A stretch of 60,017 nucleotides of DNA, filler included, from Sphacelaria rigidula (GCA_964200075.2; 9 parts of 9 records of this genome joined end to end with filler, not necessarily neighbours in it), one strand, 5' to 3'. Positions 38,124 to 50,766 are shown, numbered from the whole stretch's first letter. Notes: generated by a model not told the origin, from the letters alone. Made by a program: numbers and translations.

Positions 38124-38580
38124 TGTAGCCTACCATCAGGCCTGGGCTACACGGCAAGGGTCATCATCCACAGGATGCCCTTGTCCCCTGGTCATCATCC
38201 AGGATCCACTATATACTCAACCGTGACGGCGTGATTTCGCCACAGATCGTCATGGCATGATTCATAGGGTATTCTGACTCCAGTGTGCCCTGCTGTTGGA
38301 GAGTGGTGGCCACACATCAGGCGGAACACTGCCCGCATTCTCGGGACCGAAGGCAGTGGGCGCCTACACACAAACAAAAAACGGGGGGGAAAGACCAAGC
38401 AGAATATCTGTAAAGCGCCAACCCTTTAGGTGCTCGTTCTGGCTGAGGCAGCCCTCTACTTTCGTTTCTGCCCGGGGTTTGGAATAGTTTCTGTGGGTGC
38501 AGGTACAACGCCTGCGTAGAAGAGGCTGTTGCCGCGCATATGCCACGCGTTAGAAGGATGACATATTCTCCACTCCTACA
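38124..38580 (-). repeat. candidate 5' LTR (457 bp)
   Basis: minus strand starts TGTAG at the SINE junction and ends GGCTACA; 3' part shared with 59997-60017; an alternative CTACA end lies at 38023. Confidence 0.7.
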
Positions 38581-38790
38581 AAATTCGACCTAACGGTCGA
38601 CGAGGGAAAGGGATTGCTGTACCCCTCTCGCGATAAAGAAGAAAAGCAAGCACCGCAGAAGGAAGGTGGAGTACCAAAAACACACAAAATGAGAAACAAC
38701 TTCTGTGTTGACCTTTCTCCTGTGTGACCCCGGCTGGTGCGCCCAGATATACTGAAAGGTGTAGACCGGTGTCCAGAATAGATGGGATGA
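38581..38790 (+). mobile_element. SINE-like family C, 3' part (target of the gypsy insertion)
   Basis: aaattcgacctaacggtcgacgagggaaaggg...aaggtgtagaccggtgtccagaatag. Confidence 0.85.
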
Positions 38791-39439
38791 CCTTGTTCTG
38801 GAATAAATCGGAGTGGAGAGGGAAGGCAGTCGAGGCCAGGGTAGCCGTAAGACCATCATCACCGACACCCTACCTGTGCGCGATGCTACAGACTGCAAGC
38901 GATTAGGTATGTCCGAAGTTGATACGAGTCGCGAATGAAGAATGCTGAATGAAGTACGTGGAACGCTTGGCGTCCGTGCGAAGATGGAGTTTCGAAGACG
39001 GGCATGCATGATCTAGAGCAATGGAGACGACACCCCTCCCCCCCTCCCATCCACAGCACAGCCACACGACAGCACCAACGGATCGAGGGAGACGCTGGAA
39101 AACGGGGGGCACAATCTTTTTCAATAACATAGTGCATACGTTACCCTTGTTCATTTCAGAAAAATGTAGAGTCGCGATGAAATTTGTCCTACAGCAGTAT
39201 GACAAGCCCGGCAGTACAAAAGGTCAGGGTAACACTACTTTCCACAGTCAACATACTGTATGTACCCATTATTATATATATGTAATAGTTTATTCTTCAA
39301 ATGCAGGGTTCGAAAAGAATAGATGTTATTACAACATTTCTCATCCCAATCATTCTGAGAGTTTTTGCCCTGCGATACTCCCAATCTGTACCTAACTGAG
39401 AAAATTCACAAAGATACAAGTACGAGACAGACAACATGT

Positions 39440-39710
39440 GACGGTTTAAGAGACAACCAACTAGACTACTGACCAGTCAGCGCTGACTGGTCAGTAGTCT
39501 AGTTGGTTGGTCAGTAGTTTAGTTGGTTGTCTCTTGAACCGTCTCAAAAGTTAGTCGTGGGGGTTCGATCCCCGTCACTTTCACTCCGAGGTTTAAGGGA
39601 TGACCAACTGGACTACTGACCAGTCAGCGCTGACCGGTCAGTAGTCTAGCTGGTTGCCTCGTAAATCGTCACAAAAGTTAGTCGCTGGTTCGATCCCCGT
39701 CCGACGCACT
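39440..39710. repeat. two tandem head-to-head palindromes of tRNA-like (A-box/B-box) sequence
   Basis: perfect 56-bp palindrome 39454-39509 centred on AGCGCT; second centre at ~39626; A-box tagtctag(t/c)tgg and B-box ggttcgatccc in each unit. Confidence 0.8.
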
Positions 39711-39980
39711 TTCTTTAAAGAAAAAAAGAGAAGAGAAAACCTCTGTAAAAAATTGGCCCCAAGGAGAGAAAACCTCAGTAAAAAATGGCCGAAAAGAAAA
39801 AGGGTGGGGTATAGCCGGGTGGCCATGTTTGGAGTTGGCTGCTAGGGACCCCAGTGCACACACTCTGGAAATGAGTGGGGGAGAGGAGTAACTCAAGGTT
39901 ACGGTGAAAAGGGACAACACTAGAGGGTCCTGATGACAGTCGATGGCGCGCTGGCAAGGGCAGTCGCCCTCCTCGGAGTG

Positions 39981-40080
39981 NNNNNNNNNNNNNNNNNNNN
40001 NNNNNNNNNNNNNNNNNNNNNNNNTTAATTAATTAANNNNNNNNNNNNNNNNNNNNNNNNNNNNNNNNNNNNNNNNNNNN
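39981..40080. other. artificial contig spacer
   Basis: N44-TTAATTAATTAA-N44. Confidence 0.98.
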
Positions 40081-41791
40081 ACAGTAACCCCACGAACGCG
40101 CTTCCGAGCGAAAAAAAAAAAAAAAAATGGACACAATTCCGGGGAGCGGTGGATTATCATTTATTTCAAAATACGTTCTCATTTTTCTGGCAACCCTGTT
40201 GGAGAGTGAAATTTGGTATGCACAATCAACAGGGCATTTTACAAAAACCTCAAAACAGATTTTTGCCCTTAACTCATTAAAAAAAAAAAAGACTTCGGAC
40301 CTCACAGACAGCTTTTCTTCATGCCCTGTTGATTGTCCACCCCAAATTTCACTGTCCAACTCCAAGAAAAAAAAATGCGAATTCACCTTTGAAAAACCGG
40401 GCCGGCGGAAATTCGGAACAGTATTTTGCAGGCCGTTTATCGGCCTACGTTAGGTGTTTGTGGGTTGAGACTTTGTGCGGGACGTCGCTAGGTCAGGATG
40501 AACCAAGGAAAATGGGTGAGGTTGGTTTTGTTTTTATTTTTCACTGATGATTGAGGGCGTTTTGGCATGGTAACGACCATTTTTTTACGAGAACGCCTGA
40601 ACCTCTCATAAAAAAATTAAAAAAAATGAAGGCCAATTTTTTTTTCACTCAGCATACCTCTGTCGTTCTCCATGCCGAGTTTCAAATTACATTTTTAAAA
40701 ATTGAACTGAACAGAGCAATGTTCATTTCTACTTAAAACTCCCCGAAGAACATGAAAAAACATGCAAAAACGAAAAAAAAAAAGCTGTGCTTCTTATTTC
40801 ATTATGCACTAGCGGTTCTCCATACCAAATGTCATAGCACAACAATTCTCAAAAACTAAGACGCGATATATATCCAGATTTAGGTCATCTAGTAGTGCCA
40901 CTGCTCGTAATATACTGATTTTAGTAAAGAAGTTTATGTGCGCCATATCTCGAGATAGATAACGAATTAGGCGAGGGTGAGGGTATCTATCGTCTCCCTG
41001 TGCTCCAGGGGAGGTCCACACCAAAATCGTCATCATCCGCTTCATCGATCGTTCGGGGTTTCATGTAGATTTGAGTGTGGACGCTATCTCCGCTAGGTAT
41101 ACGAATTGCTAGACATGGGGTTTAATCAACGAGAAAAAAATTGGCCCAGATTTTTGAGCAGATGGACACCTTCCCCTTGATTAGACAATTATTACGATAT
41201 ATGCGGATCACGGCCCGACTCGTCTATGTCGTTGAGATATCGCTTTGAAAGCTTAAATCCGTTTTTAGGCTGGCCCAGCTCGTATCGATATCCGATTTTC
41301 AACTCTGGTCCACAGTCACGGGCGTGGAATGAAAGCGATACTGTCTCGATTACTTTTTTGTTGGTTGGACAAGGGTTGGAGGAAACTTTGTCCGTGAAAC
41401 AGGTACTACTTGTGGCGCGATGATGATGGATATTCAAATCTTGGCTAGAGTTAGAAGCGAATGATAGACACTGTCGCTGCTGTGACAAACGCTACATATC
41501 AGACCGTTGTCTACATTTCTCGTCGGAGGGAGCAACGTAAATTCAGTGGATACGACTCTTCTTATACTCGTACCCTTCTCTCGAAATCAAAATACATGGA
41601 AGTGTACCCTTTCTAGATGCAAGTCTCGTGTCATACGCAAGAATTAAATTTATTCAAATCTCGGACCCAGTAAGTTGTCCAACTACACACAGACTACAGC
41701 TGGTTCGAACAGCACCGCATAGGCAACCACTACGTAGTGAAGCGCTGTTGTTTCCCTGAGTTTGGCAAGGAAGCCGGAAACGGCAGGGGTG

Positions 41792-42058
41792 ATGGCGAGA
41801 TCATCCGCACCAGTGACTGAAAAAATCACAGCAACCAACACCGCAGAAGACCCACTAGATGCACTTCTGGAGAAGCTCATGCTTGATGCGCCTCATGATC
41901 ACAAGCATGCCCTCATAGCCGGCTTGAGTAGCGTTAGGGGTGATGTTGGCGACGGGGGTGGTAAGAAGCCCCTACAGAAGAAGGCCAGCTCGGGTCGGGC
42001 GAGTGGGATAAATACGGATTTGGATGAGCACGACCCGTGGAAGGCGCTTTCTGATCAG
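41792..42058 (+). CDS. possible exon (MARSSAPVTEK...DPLDALLEKLMLD...HDPWKALSDQ)
   Basis: protein-like open frame ending at cag|gtgttg, phase 0; 5' boundary uncertain. Confidence 0.4.
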
Positions 42059-42945
42059 GTGTTGTATTGTTATGTAGCTCATCTGGTTCAGGTGGTGCTG
42101 TTTTCAACGTTCACACGGCCCACGACTTCCTCATGTTCGTGCTCTGCTGCACCCTAGTCTTGACTGTAGTTGATCTTCACCCACTTCCGTACCATAGTTT
42201 ATACGTGGAACTTTCATGTGTGGGTCAGGTGCCATTACTGCACTCGTGGATTCAACCCCCCTTTACCTGAGCTCGGCTTTTGTGGATGCCTAATTAGTCG
42301 CCAAGTTTTGAAAGCACCTGTGCGTGTGTGATCGTTGACGCTGGTCATTCCGCCTATACAGTACAGTACTACAGTACTGTCTGCTGTGTTTCTTCTAGGG
42401 GAACGGAACTGTCTGTATCAAGTTGAGGTTGTGAGGTGTTCCAGTACAGTACACGAAATAACACGCATATTTACAGTAGCCTATGTACGAGACAACCACT
42501 GGCCTATCTCAACGCTGGCCAGTGGCGTGAGGGTGCAAGGTGCAACGTCGGCTTGGCCTTCATGGGTATGTTGGTGTTTACCGCTATCTGCCATTCTTGG
42601 TCCATCGCATGATGATATACACAGTCTGGACAACTGGGTTTTTTTCAAGAGTTGTCTCGCGGAGACACGTCAGCCCGTCTCCTCTACTGTAATGTTTTCC
42701 TTGTGTGCTGCGCTTACGCCTACGAGTACTCATAGTCTCCTCGTGTGCTACTCTGCTTTGGAGCGGATGCATCCATGGCTTGTAATATCGTGAACATGTA
42801 TTTATTATTCGTGTGGATACACGTCATGTGGTTAGATCCTAATGCCGAGTTCGTGAACGTACACCGTAGTTTCTACCCGGCGCGGTTGCTAGGGGTCTAA
42901 ATGGGGAAATTCGCGAAAGTCTGGGGTGGGTTCGGATTCAGCATG

Positions 42946-42949
<4 letters not shown>

Positions 42950-42980
<31 letters not shown>
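42950..42980. repeat. (TA)n microsatellite
   Basis: tatata run. Confidence 0.95.
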
Positions 42981-42982
<2 letters not shown>

Positions 42983-43175
42983 CTTCCAATGTGCCACGGA
43001 ATGCACGGACAAGTGCAACAACTAGGATTCGGTCGCGAGATGATAGCTATCACTTAGTAGTATTCCATCTATTGAAACAAAGCACAGCTGTAGGTCTGGT
43101 TACTCACCTCGCCAGAGCAGCGAGGCATTTGCTTGTCGATTGAAAAAAGGTGTGCCGACCGCCCGCTCTTCTCAG

Positions 43176-43304
43176 ATGAACGAAGAAATTTCTCGTCAAA
43201 TATACGCCGAATTGGATAAGCAGCTGGATGCGCAGATGATGGCAGAGCTGGAAAAATGTCAAGAGGAGCAATCCCGACAAATGGACGAAGAGCTCGATCG
43301 ACAA
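43176..43304 (+). CDS. probable exon, coiled-coil-like (MNEEISRQIYAELDKQLDAQMMAELEKCQEEQSRQMDEELDRQ)
   Basis: cttctcag| acceptor, |gtgagc donor, 129 bp phase 0, E/Q/D-rich. Confidence 0.55.
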
Positions 43305-46300
43305 GTGAGCGAGAAATGAAAGTGCCGTAAAGTACCCACCGCCTTCACCGAGTCCATGACCCTCGTTTGAGAACACCTGTCAATCTAGTACCCTGTACAG
43401 CCGGCGATTGCCTTTTCACACTATGGTAAAAAATGTGGGACAGAGGAAACTCATTGATTTAGCAACCTTATACAGGTCAACCTCCAGTCGAGCTAACTCC
43501 TGTAATGAATAGCCTGTCGCACTGTACCCCTTCGGCGGTAGACCTCCTTTCAGAACAATGCTGTTGGGTTCTGCCCATTACCCCCGACTCCATGACTGGA
43601 CATCTCTCTATCTTATAAGCAATATCCATGATAGCATACTGGATACTGAGCATTCCGTGATCCTTATCCCCTGATCTGCGTAATTCATGAAACCTCATCA
43701 GCCCCCTTCAAATATTTATTGATTTGTGCAGTTGCTTTCGAATTGTCACATTACGCACTCCCGCCCCCAACCCAGCTTGGGGGGGGGGACCTCAAGAATC
43801 ACCCGTTTAACAACAGTGTGACTCCTCATGTTTCCGACCGTTGGCCCCCATCTGGAGATTGCGCTGAGCGCAGTCGCACCAGCCTCAAGCGTCAACACAA
43901 ATCTCCCCACCAGCCTGCGTGTGCACCCACTTTGTGGTGTACCCACCCCGCCTAGCCAACGTCCTGCCGACAACACGTGCACCAGGAAATATGTGCCCGT
44001 ACGCACCACAACTTAACCCCACGATAACAGAACGGCGTCTGCCGGCATAAAACACTGGGGGGGCACAAGGGTTCCGTCGGCCCACTGCATGCTCGATTCC
44101 ACTACGCGTAAAACGATGGGAACGCGCCTGCGACTACAAGAATCGAATGAATTCCCTCACGATCGCGTGCTCACGATCCCCTCCGGTCCGTTCAAACAAA
44201 ATAAAGGAACAAACAAGCGCAGGGAGCGCCGGCCCCATCACATATCACACGCCTGCTGGACCCTGCCATCGAACACCGTTTTCCGCGTCACTTCCTCCGT
44301 CGAAAGCATCGGATGGGTGGTGAGAAAATATGTTCGGAAAATAATATCACACTCTCAAGACTGCCGCGGGAAAACCCAGCACTCGGGAAAACCTCTGTGA
44401 GGAAAAACCCGATTTCCAGGAGAAAAACATCGACAGTGGCACCATGCGCCGCAAACTCAATCCGATAGTCGTCAAACCCAATCCAATCCGATAAAACGTC
44501 GAAGGGAGGGGTGGGCGGCAAAAATCTCAAATGGCATCGATTCGCGATGCTGTCACCAACTGATGGTCGCACCAAACCCGTCTCCCGGATCTCATGAACC
44601 TCGACGTCAACCCAGACACCATCATTGTCACTTCATGGTGGACGCACTTGCCCTTGTACCTTGCTGCTTCTCTCACACTGAACTGACTCACCTGGCTCAT
44701 CACACAATCTTGCATGTCAACGTGTTTTGAAATGGCTTCTAGATACTGCAACCACTATAAACATCTGGGGAAATTCTTCCCGCTTCTGCACAAAACACCG
44801 ATTCTTCTCTAACACTGAGCCTCTTTCGTGAGGCGGCTCGCAACTATATTGCCTATAGCCAAAGTCAGATTCGTAGTTTTGCTGGAAACTGCCGGGGGTG
44901 GGTAACGGGAGCAGTGGTGCTGCGCGTTTTGCTTCACGATTTTCGCCATATTGTCCTTGTATCGTGTTTTCATCCACCTAAAATCAATTACGCGCAAGTT
45001 GACAATTACGCCTGTTATGTGCTACGTTTCCTTCCCCACCCCTAGACGCCGGTGGAGTCAGCAGATTCAACGAAGGATGCAATTGTAGTCATGCTGGCGC
45101 ACAACCTCCATGGTCACCCCCTCGAAGGACTCTGGCTCAATTCTGCCCACCGCAGCGCACAACCTGGGAATGGATGTTTTGCTGCAGCTGGCACGTTTGA
45201 TGCACTTACCGCCCAAATTCGGTGGTCATTTTTCCATTTGTGACACCTGAAACGCTATCGCACATAACCTACCCCCCACGCCCAACATGGTATACTTTCC
45301 CTACAGGAAGTGCTTTATTTCAGCCGCATCATTCAAGGCCAAGATTGTGCTCATGGCCTCACGCAAAAGTGCAATTCCTGCTGCTTGTGTTTCCGTCTTC
45401 ACCTTGGGTTTTTTTTCTGCGGCAGCAGTGGTGTGTGTGGATAGAGCTGTCGTCAGCTCTGTGTTGGGTGTTTGAATTTGATACGGTAGTGTCGAAACGA
45501 TCACTGAAAGCGCTGAAATTGGCAATCCAGTTTCGCCGCATGTGGCTGTTGCTGACAATCTCAATCTCTTTGGGACTCATCATACACTTGTGGTGTGATA
45601 TACATTTTTGCTGTAATGTGCACGTGAGGCCCCTATCACGGCGTTCGCAAACATGTTTGAAATGTGCGTTTTGTCCATCAACCTTCTCGTCGTGTTTGGA
45701 AGGCGATATGACACTGTAAAGCTAGTGTTGGGTACTGCTTGTCTACGTCGGCCAAGTTAATTATACGTTTGACGTCCCGATATCTATCTACACGATTTTT
45801 CTACTCCCGTGGCGTCGTCTCATTTGCGGCATGAACATACATCTCTGTCGAACGCAATACAACGGAGTGATCATGATCCTTACCCGATGCCCATATCTTT
45901 GATACCACCCCACATATGAATGAACCATTGTGGCGCCATGAATCTCTTCATCTGATTGCAGTACAGCGGTGACCAGAACGTGGATGCCAAGGCATCATTT
46001 TCCCCTCACGTTCTCGCATTCCAAATAACAGCCAAGATATTATTATATTAATGTTCAATTCAAGTCTGTATAAAGTCGCCAAACCTTTTACAACATTACA
46101 CTGATGATTTTAACGGGAAGTTCTCAGTGACGTTGAAAGCGATGAAGTAAGAGAGAGCTGTAGTCTGGCAACACAATGAAGCTGGTCCGAGCCAGGATGA
46201 GGGGAACGCGGGGGTTGGACACTGGAGCAGCGACAAACTCGGCTTTGTATCGTCCCGTGTCACCTCGTCTGGCTTCAAACTCTTGCTTGTACTTCGCCTG

Positions 46301-46659
46301 GTGGCAATTGTGTTCATGGTCATGGTTCTCGCAATCGATCATACTCGCTGCGTACTGTTATGGGCGCCTGACCCCCCCAAAATGAGCCAAGAAATTGTCA
46401 CCGACCAAAAGCACGAACAGACCGGAGATCTCGTTCATCCCCTGATTATGCACGCCGTAAAATCCCCCCAGGTATTTGTGATTTGAGTGGGGTTCCCACT
46501 TGACGATTTCCCATTTTTGTTGTCCCGGGCTACGAACCACGGTGTACCTAGGCTACTCACCGGCGTGTATTTGTCCAAGCTACAATCTGGAAAGATTGCA
46601 CGGTTAGGACGAATAATGATTCGTCAGAAAATTACTTGGTTTTAGTATCATAAGTTGAC

Positions 46660-46759
46660 NNNNNNNNNNNNNNNNNNNNNNNNNNNNNNNNNNNNNNNNN
46701 NNNTTAATTAATTAANNNNNNNNNNNNNNNNNNNNNNNNNNNNNNNNNNNNNNNNNNNN
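46660..46759. other. artificial contig spacer
   Basis: N44-TTAATTAATTAA-N44. Confidence 0.98.
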
Positions 46760-46792
46760 TCCGGCTGAGGTTGGTCAAGTCAAAGGGGATGG

Positions 46793-47465
46793 TCCATCTC
46801 CACATAGTGACTGCTTGGCGACGGAATGGCGCATTTTTTTCGCTCAATTTTTGATCGTTTCCAATGAAATTTTGACACGATATACAGGATGTATGTGCGA
46901 ATACCCCTTCGTTCCTCCCCTGTTTGTTTGTTTTTCTCCGTGAGTTATTGTCGGCGGAACATTTCAGAACAGTTTTTACAGAACAAAATTGCCAATAACT
47001 CACGGAGAGAAAAAAAAAAACAGGGGATGAAAGGTTAGGTCTTCGCACATACGTCCTGTACATCGTGTCAAAATTTCATGAAAAAAAAACTTGGAATTGC
47101 GCTACATATTTGCGTTTGAATTATTCGTGGCTGGTCCATCTCCACATAGTAACTGGCTGTCGACGTAATGACGCATTTTCTTCGCTCAATTTTAGATCGT
47201 TTTCGATGAAATTATGACACGATGTACTGGACGTATGTGCGAACAGCTGACCTTCCATCCCCTGTTTTGTTTTGTTCTTCTTCGTGAGTTATTGGCGAAG
47301 TAACATTTCAGAACAGTTTTTTTCGAGACAAAATCGCCAATAACTCACGAAGAAGAACAAAACAAAACAGGCGATGGAAGGTCAGCTGTTCGCCCATACG
47401 TCCAGTACATTGTGTCAAAATTTCATCGAAAACGATCCAAAATTAAGCGAAGAAAATGCGTTTCA
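46793..47465. mobile_element. two tandem hairpin MITE-like units (~46793-47085 and ~47135-47465)
   Basis: each has atgaaatt.tgacacgat.tac.gga.gtatgtgcgaa...gtgagttattg paired with caataactcac...catacgtcc.gtacat.gtgtcaaaatttcat; a third copy starts at ~53280. Confidence 0.8.
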
Positions 47466-47673
47466 ACATTCCTGGTGGCTTTTTGGGCGGACCAGCCTGT
47501 ACTCTCGGTTGGTCAAAAATACTGATGAGAAAGTACAACACTGTACTGTACTGTGGAGTACAGTAATACAATACATCACACTACACCACAGTAGTGCCGT
47601 ACCGTACAGTACAACAGTTGGGGCATGTACCTCGCTACATAACGGTGCTGTGGGGCATATTGCATGCTCATAC

Positions 47674-47881
47674 CTCGATAAAAAACTCGTTTCCAGGCGT
47701 GCGGCAAAAGCTCTGTATCCATGTTGCCTGCTGCTGCTGCCCTGAATATCCGCGTTCACTGTTGCTTCGTCGGTCGTTGCCTCCCACCCCCCCCCCTCGA
47801 ATACCGCATGCTATGTTAGCATGCTGCTGAATGCCATTAGCATTTTTTCCGGCGCCAACTGCTTTTCTCGCTCCCGTTGCC
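47674..47881 (-). CDS. casein kinase II regulatory (beta) subunit-like, N-terminal exon
   Basis: ends ...QQQQATWIQSFCRTPGNEFFIE|gtatga, resembling CK2beta SWISWFCGLRGNEFFCEV; acceptor atgcag| at 47882, or the frame may start at ATG 47973. Confidence 0.7.
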
Positions 47882-48346
47882 CTGCATGCCAAGCACGGTA
47901 TAGCTATGGGGATGATTTGGACGAGGCGAAACACCAAGTAGACGACATGGAGGGCTCGATGCAAGGTCATCATGACCAGAGCATATAGTGTGTTTGGCCG
48001 GTGTTTTATTTTGTCTTTTTCATCATTTTAGATTCATTGTAGTTTGTCCACCAATCCCGTTGGCGATCGAGTAGAGTGACCCAGGAACGACGGGAAATCC
48101 AATACTCGTCTGTTGTATGAAATACTTATAAAAATTATGTATTATTTGAGTCTTGGTCATAGCAGCGTGCACTTTTCCCTGACTCGAAATAATGGTTTGC
48201 TGTATGGGCTATGTATCTTACACCTGAGCTTACCAACGGGTTCGAAATCTAGTATGACGACGTAGAAATAAGCAACTTCGTCACCTCCTCACCATAACCT
48301 CTAGGTGGCACCACGTATTTGGTGTTAGCTAAGGCTGCAAGGGGGA

Positions 48347-48578
48347 ATGAGAAGGTTACGCTGTTGCAAGAATGAGACGGTCTTACAAGCCTTAGTCATG
48401 GCCGCCTGTATCGTCTCGCCGGGGAAGGCTTTCGGAGTCGGTAGTGTGCAAGCTATATCCACGGCTCGTCGTGTTGCACTTGCCTCTCAAGGACTGTCCC
48501 CAGTGCGGAGTCGGCGGGCGCGATCGTGCTACTTGGGCATCGCGAGGCGTAGCCTTCGATCGGGACGGGGTCAAGCAG
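48347..48578 (+). CDS. possible first exon with a bipartite plastid-targeting-like presequence
   Basis: ATG, hydrophobic stretch VLQALVMAACIVSP, GKA/F cleavage-like motif, S/R/A-rich transit-like region, cag|gtgcgc donor. Confidence 0.4.
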
Positions 48579-50766
48579 GTGCGCCACTTCTCGTGATTGA
48601 CTTCGGGTGATATTGCCTCTTGTCCGGCGGTTTTGTGTATGTTGCATGATGATGAAAACTCCTTCCACATGATGCTCATATCCACGTTGTGGTCAGCCCC
48701 AAGAGCATCGGGAACGTGCGTAGAGTGACGGACGGGCAGAAGGGACCATGTGATACGTGACCTCCATGCTGACTTGAGTGTCGTATGGAAGAATTCGCTC
48801 TTGTCTCTAGTTGCCTGAAGTCTTCAGTAGACCGGAACGCATGTGCATTCCTGTGGGATGGTGACGAAACATGATGTGGAACTCGCGAAACAGTCCCTTT
48901 GGTTCAACAGCAGTCTCCGTTGGTCATACTGTACTGTCATAACGTTCGTTCTTGGTTACGTAGGATACGATCTATCCGCTTGGGTCGCTCGTCTATGATT
49001 TTTGTGCGCGCAAGAGGGTTCTGTTGTATTTACCTCGTAGTCAGTTTCTATGTATAATAGATTGCTCTGCTCCGCATCGCGCCTCCAATTTTCCTTTCCT
49101 TTCTTACATTGGAATGGAATGGAATGGAAGAGGGATAAAACAGGCAGACGCTCTCACAGCAATGTTCCTTTTCGATAATATGGAAGCTTTAATCACGGTG
49201 AGGTGTACGTTCTACTAGTTAAAGTCATGTTTCGCAGTTTCAATTATCTCGAGCTCAGACAGGAGATCATCGCGGGAATAGGGTTGGGCACTGTGAGCTT
49301 CAACAGCTCGCTTCACGGGCGATGCCGCACATGAGAGAAAGTTGCATGACGCATGACATTCGTCACAGCACGTTACAAGCGTTTTTTGCTAAATAGATTC
49401 ATGCATCAACAAGAACAGGGCGAGTTAGTGCAGATTTTCTCTAGATACGGGTCCCACTCTGTGCGCATCGGTCTTGAAACACACATCCTCGTCTGTTGTA
49501 CAAGAAATATGATGTTTGATGTTTGCTGCTATGGGTTCGACACTGCGTACCAACCGCGACGTTACGCCTTCGGTGGTACTACCTGCTCACTCCACAGCGG
49601 CAGTGTGCAGGGTGACAAAGCACACCACAGAACGCCACATCCTCAGCCTACCCCTGTTCTGCATTGATTTCGCGCTGTCCTATGCAGCTCGCCACATCAT
49701 GCACGCAACCGCTTGTATCTGCGGTCAACGTGCACGCGGGATATTATTTTGTAAAGCTCTTCGTGTTGTAGCTACAGCGTTCGTTTCCCCCAGCTTGCGC
49801 GCGCAGGAGTGAAAGGCCGCCTCTGCTGCTGTCATGACTGCCTGTATCTTGGACGAAATAAAATTATTTGCGCGACTGGCGATTATGTCCGAGCGTTCAA
49901 GATCAGCACCCTGCAAGCACTGAGGGCTCGTTCGAAATCAGCCGAAGAACTAAAACACGGGATATGTCTTGTCTCACTGTACTGCAGCACAAACACACTC
50001 GCTTCCGCTCTCATGTGCTGTAGCTATCACTGTTGTAGGGTGTGTTTAGACCTTGCGAAGACGGTTTGGTCTCCGCTAAGATTGCTTGATGTGCCGTATT
50101 GTTGTGTTCGTCTCTCTGTAACCAAGCTGTAACATATGGTATCCGTCAGGGCGCAGTGCTGTCTACACACTTGACTGTTGAAAAAATAAAATTTCATGTT
50201 ACCCGGACCCATCACTTGCGCGATACCGAGCACTGCTGGGTAAAGGCACGCAACCAGCATCAGTATGCACCGCTCGACCGGCTGGGCCAGACCCCATGTT
50301 CCAATGAAAGGAGCGACGCACAGCACTGTGCGGGTATACTGCACCGCTAGGGCACTGCTTGCACCCGTCAGCATGACGGCTGCTGCCGTTGGCATCGGCG
50401 CCAGCGCTCGCGGCCACGGCAAGATTGATTCAGCAACAAGAGAAGCTGATGCATACTGTATACAGTCCGTCTTCAGGTTCCAAAACAAAAAAAAACACTG
50501 CAGAACTGCCATGTTGTCTTGTGTTCTGTGTAGTACTCTGCACTCCATACACCACTGCACAGTTATATTGTTTTCAGTGTACTATGCTGTACTCCATGTA
50601 ATGGCGTCATGGTTCAAGCAGTTTGTCGAAAAGTTCTCCTTGTTTTTTCAAAAGTATTCCGAAAAAACGAGAGTGTTTTCTGTCACAGAAATCTAATGCC
50701 GAATCTGGAATAGCCTGACACAACAACCAATTTGAAAATTGGAATCAATCTACTAGAACTGTGTTA

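Larger units (their letters stand above)
33749..38580 (-). mobile_element. degenerate Ty3/gypsy LTR retrotransposon, 3'-truncated within integrase
   Basis: order gag(CCHC)-PR-RT-RH-INT; candidate 5' LTR TGTAG...CTACA; sits inside a family C SINE at 38580/38581. Confidence 0.95.

Noticed and set aside
38140..38210. C/D-box snoRNA (RTGATGA twice and CTGA on the minus strand)
   Set aside because: Lies within a retrotransposon LTR and no rRNA-complementary guide was identified; noted only as part of the LTR structure
39440..39710. Functional tRNA genes or a CRISPR-like array
   Set aside because: A/B boxes are present but I could not fold a proper acceptor and anticodon stem; only two units, no unique spacers, no cas genes, eukaryotic context
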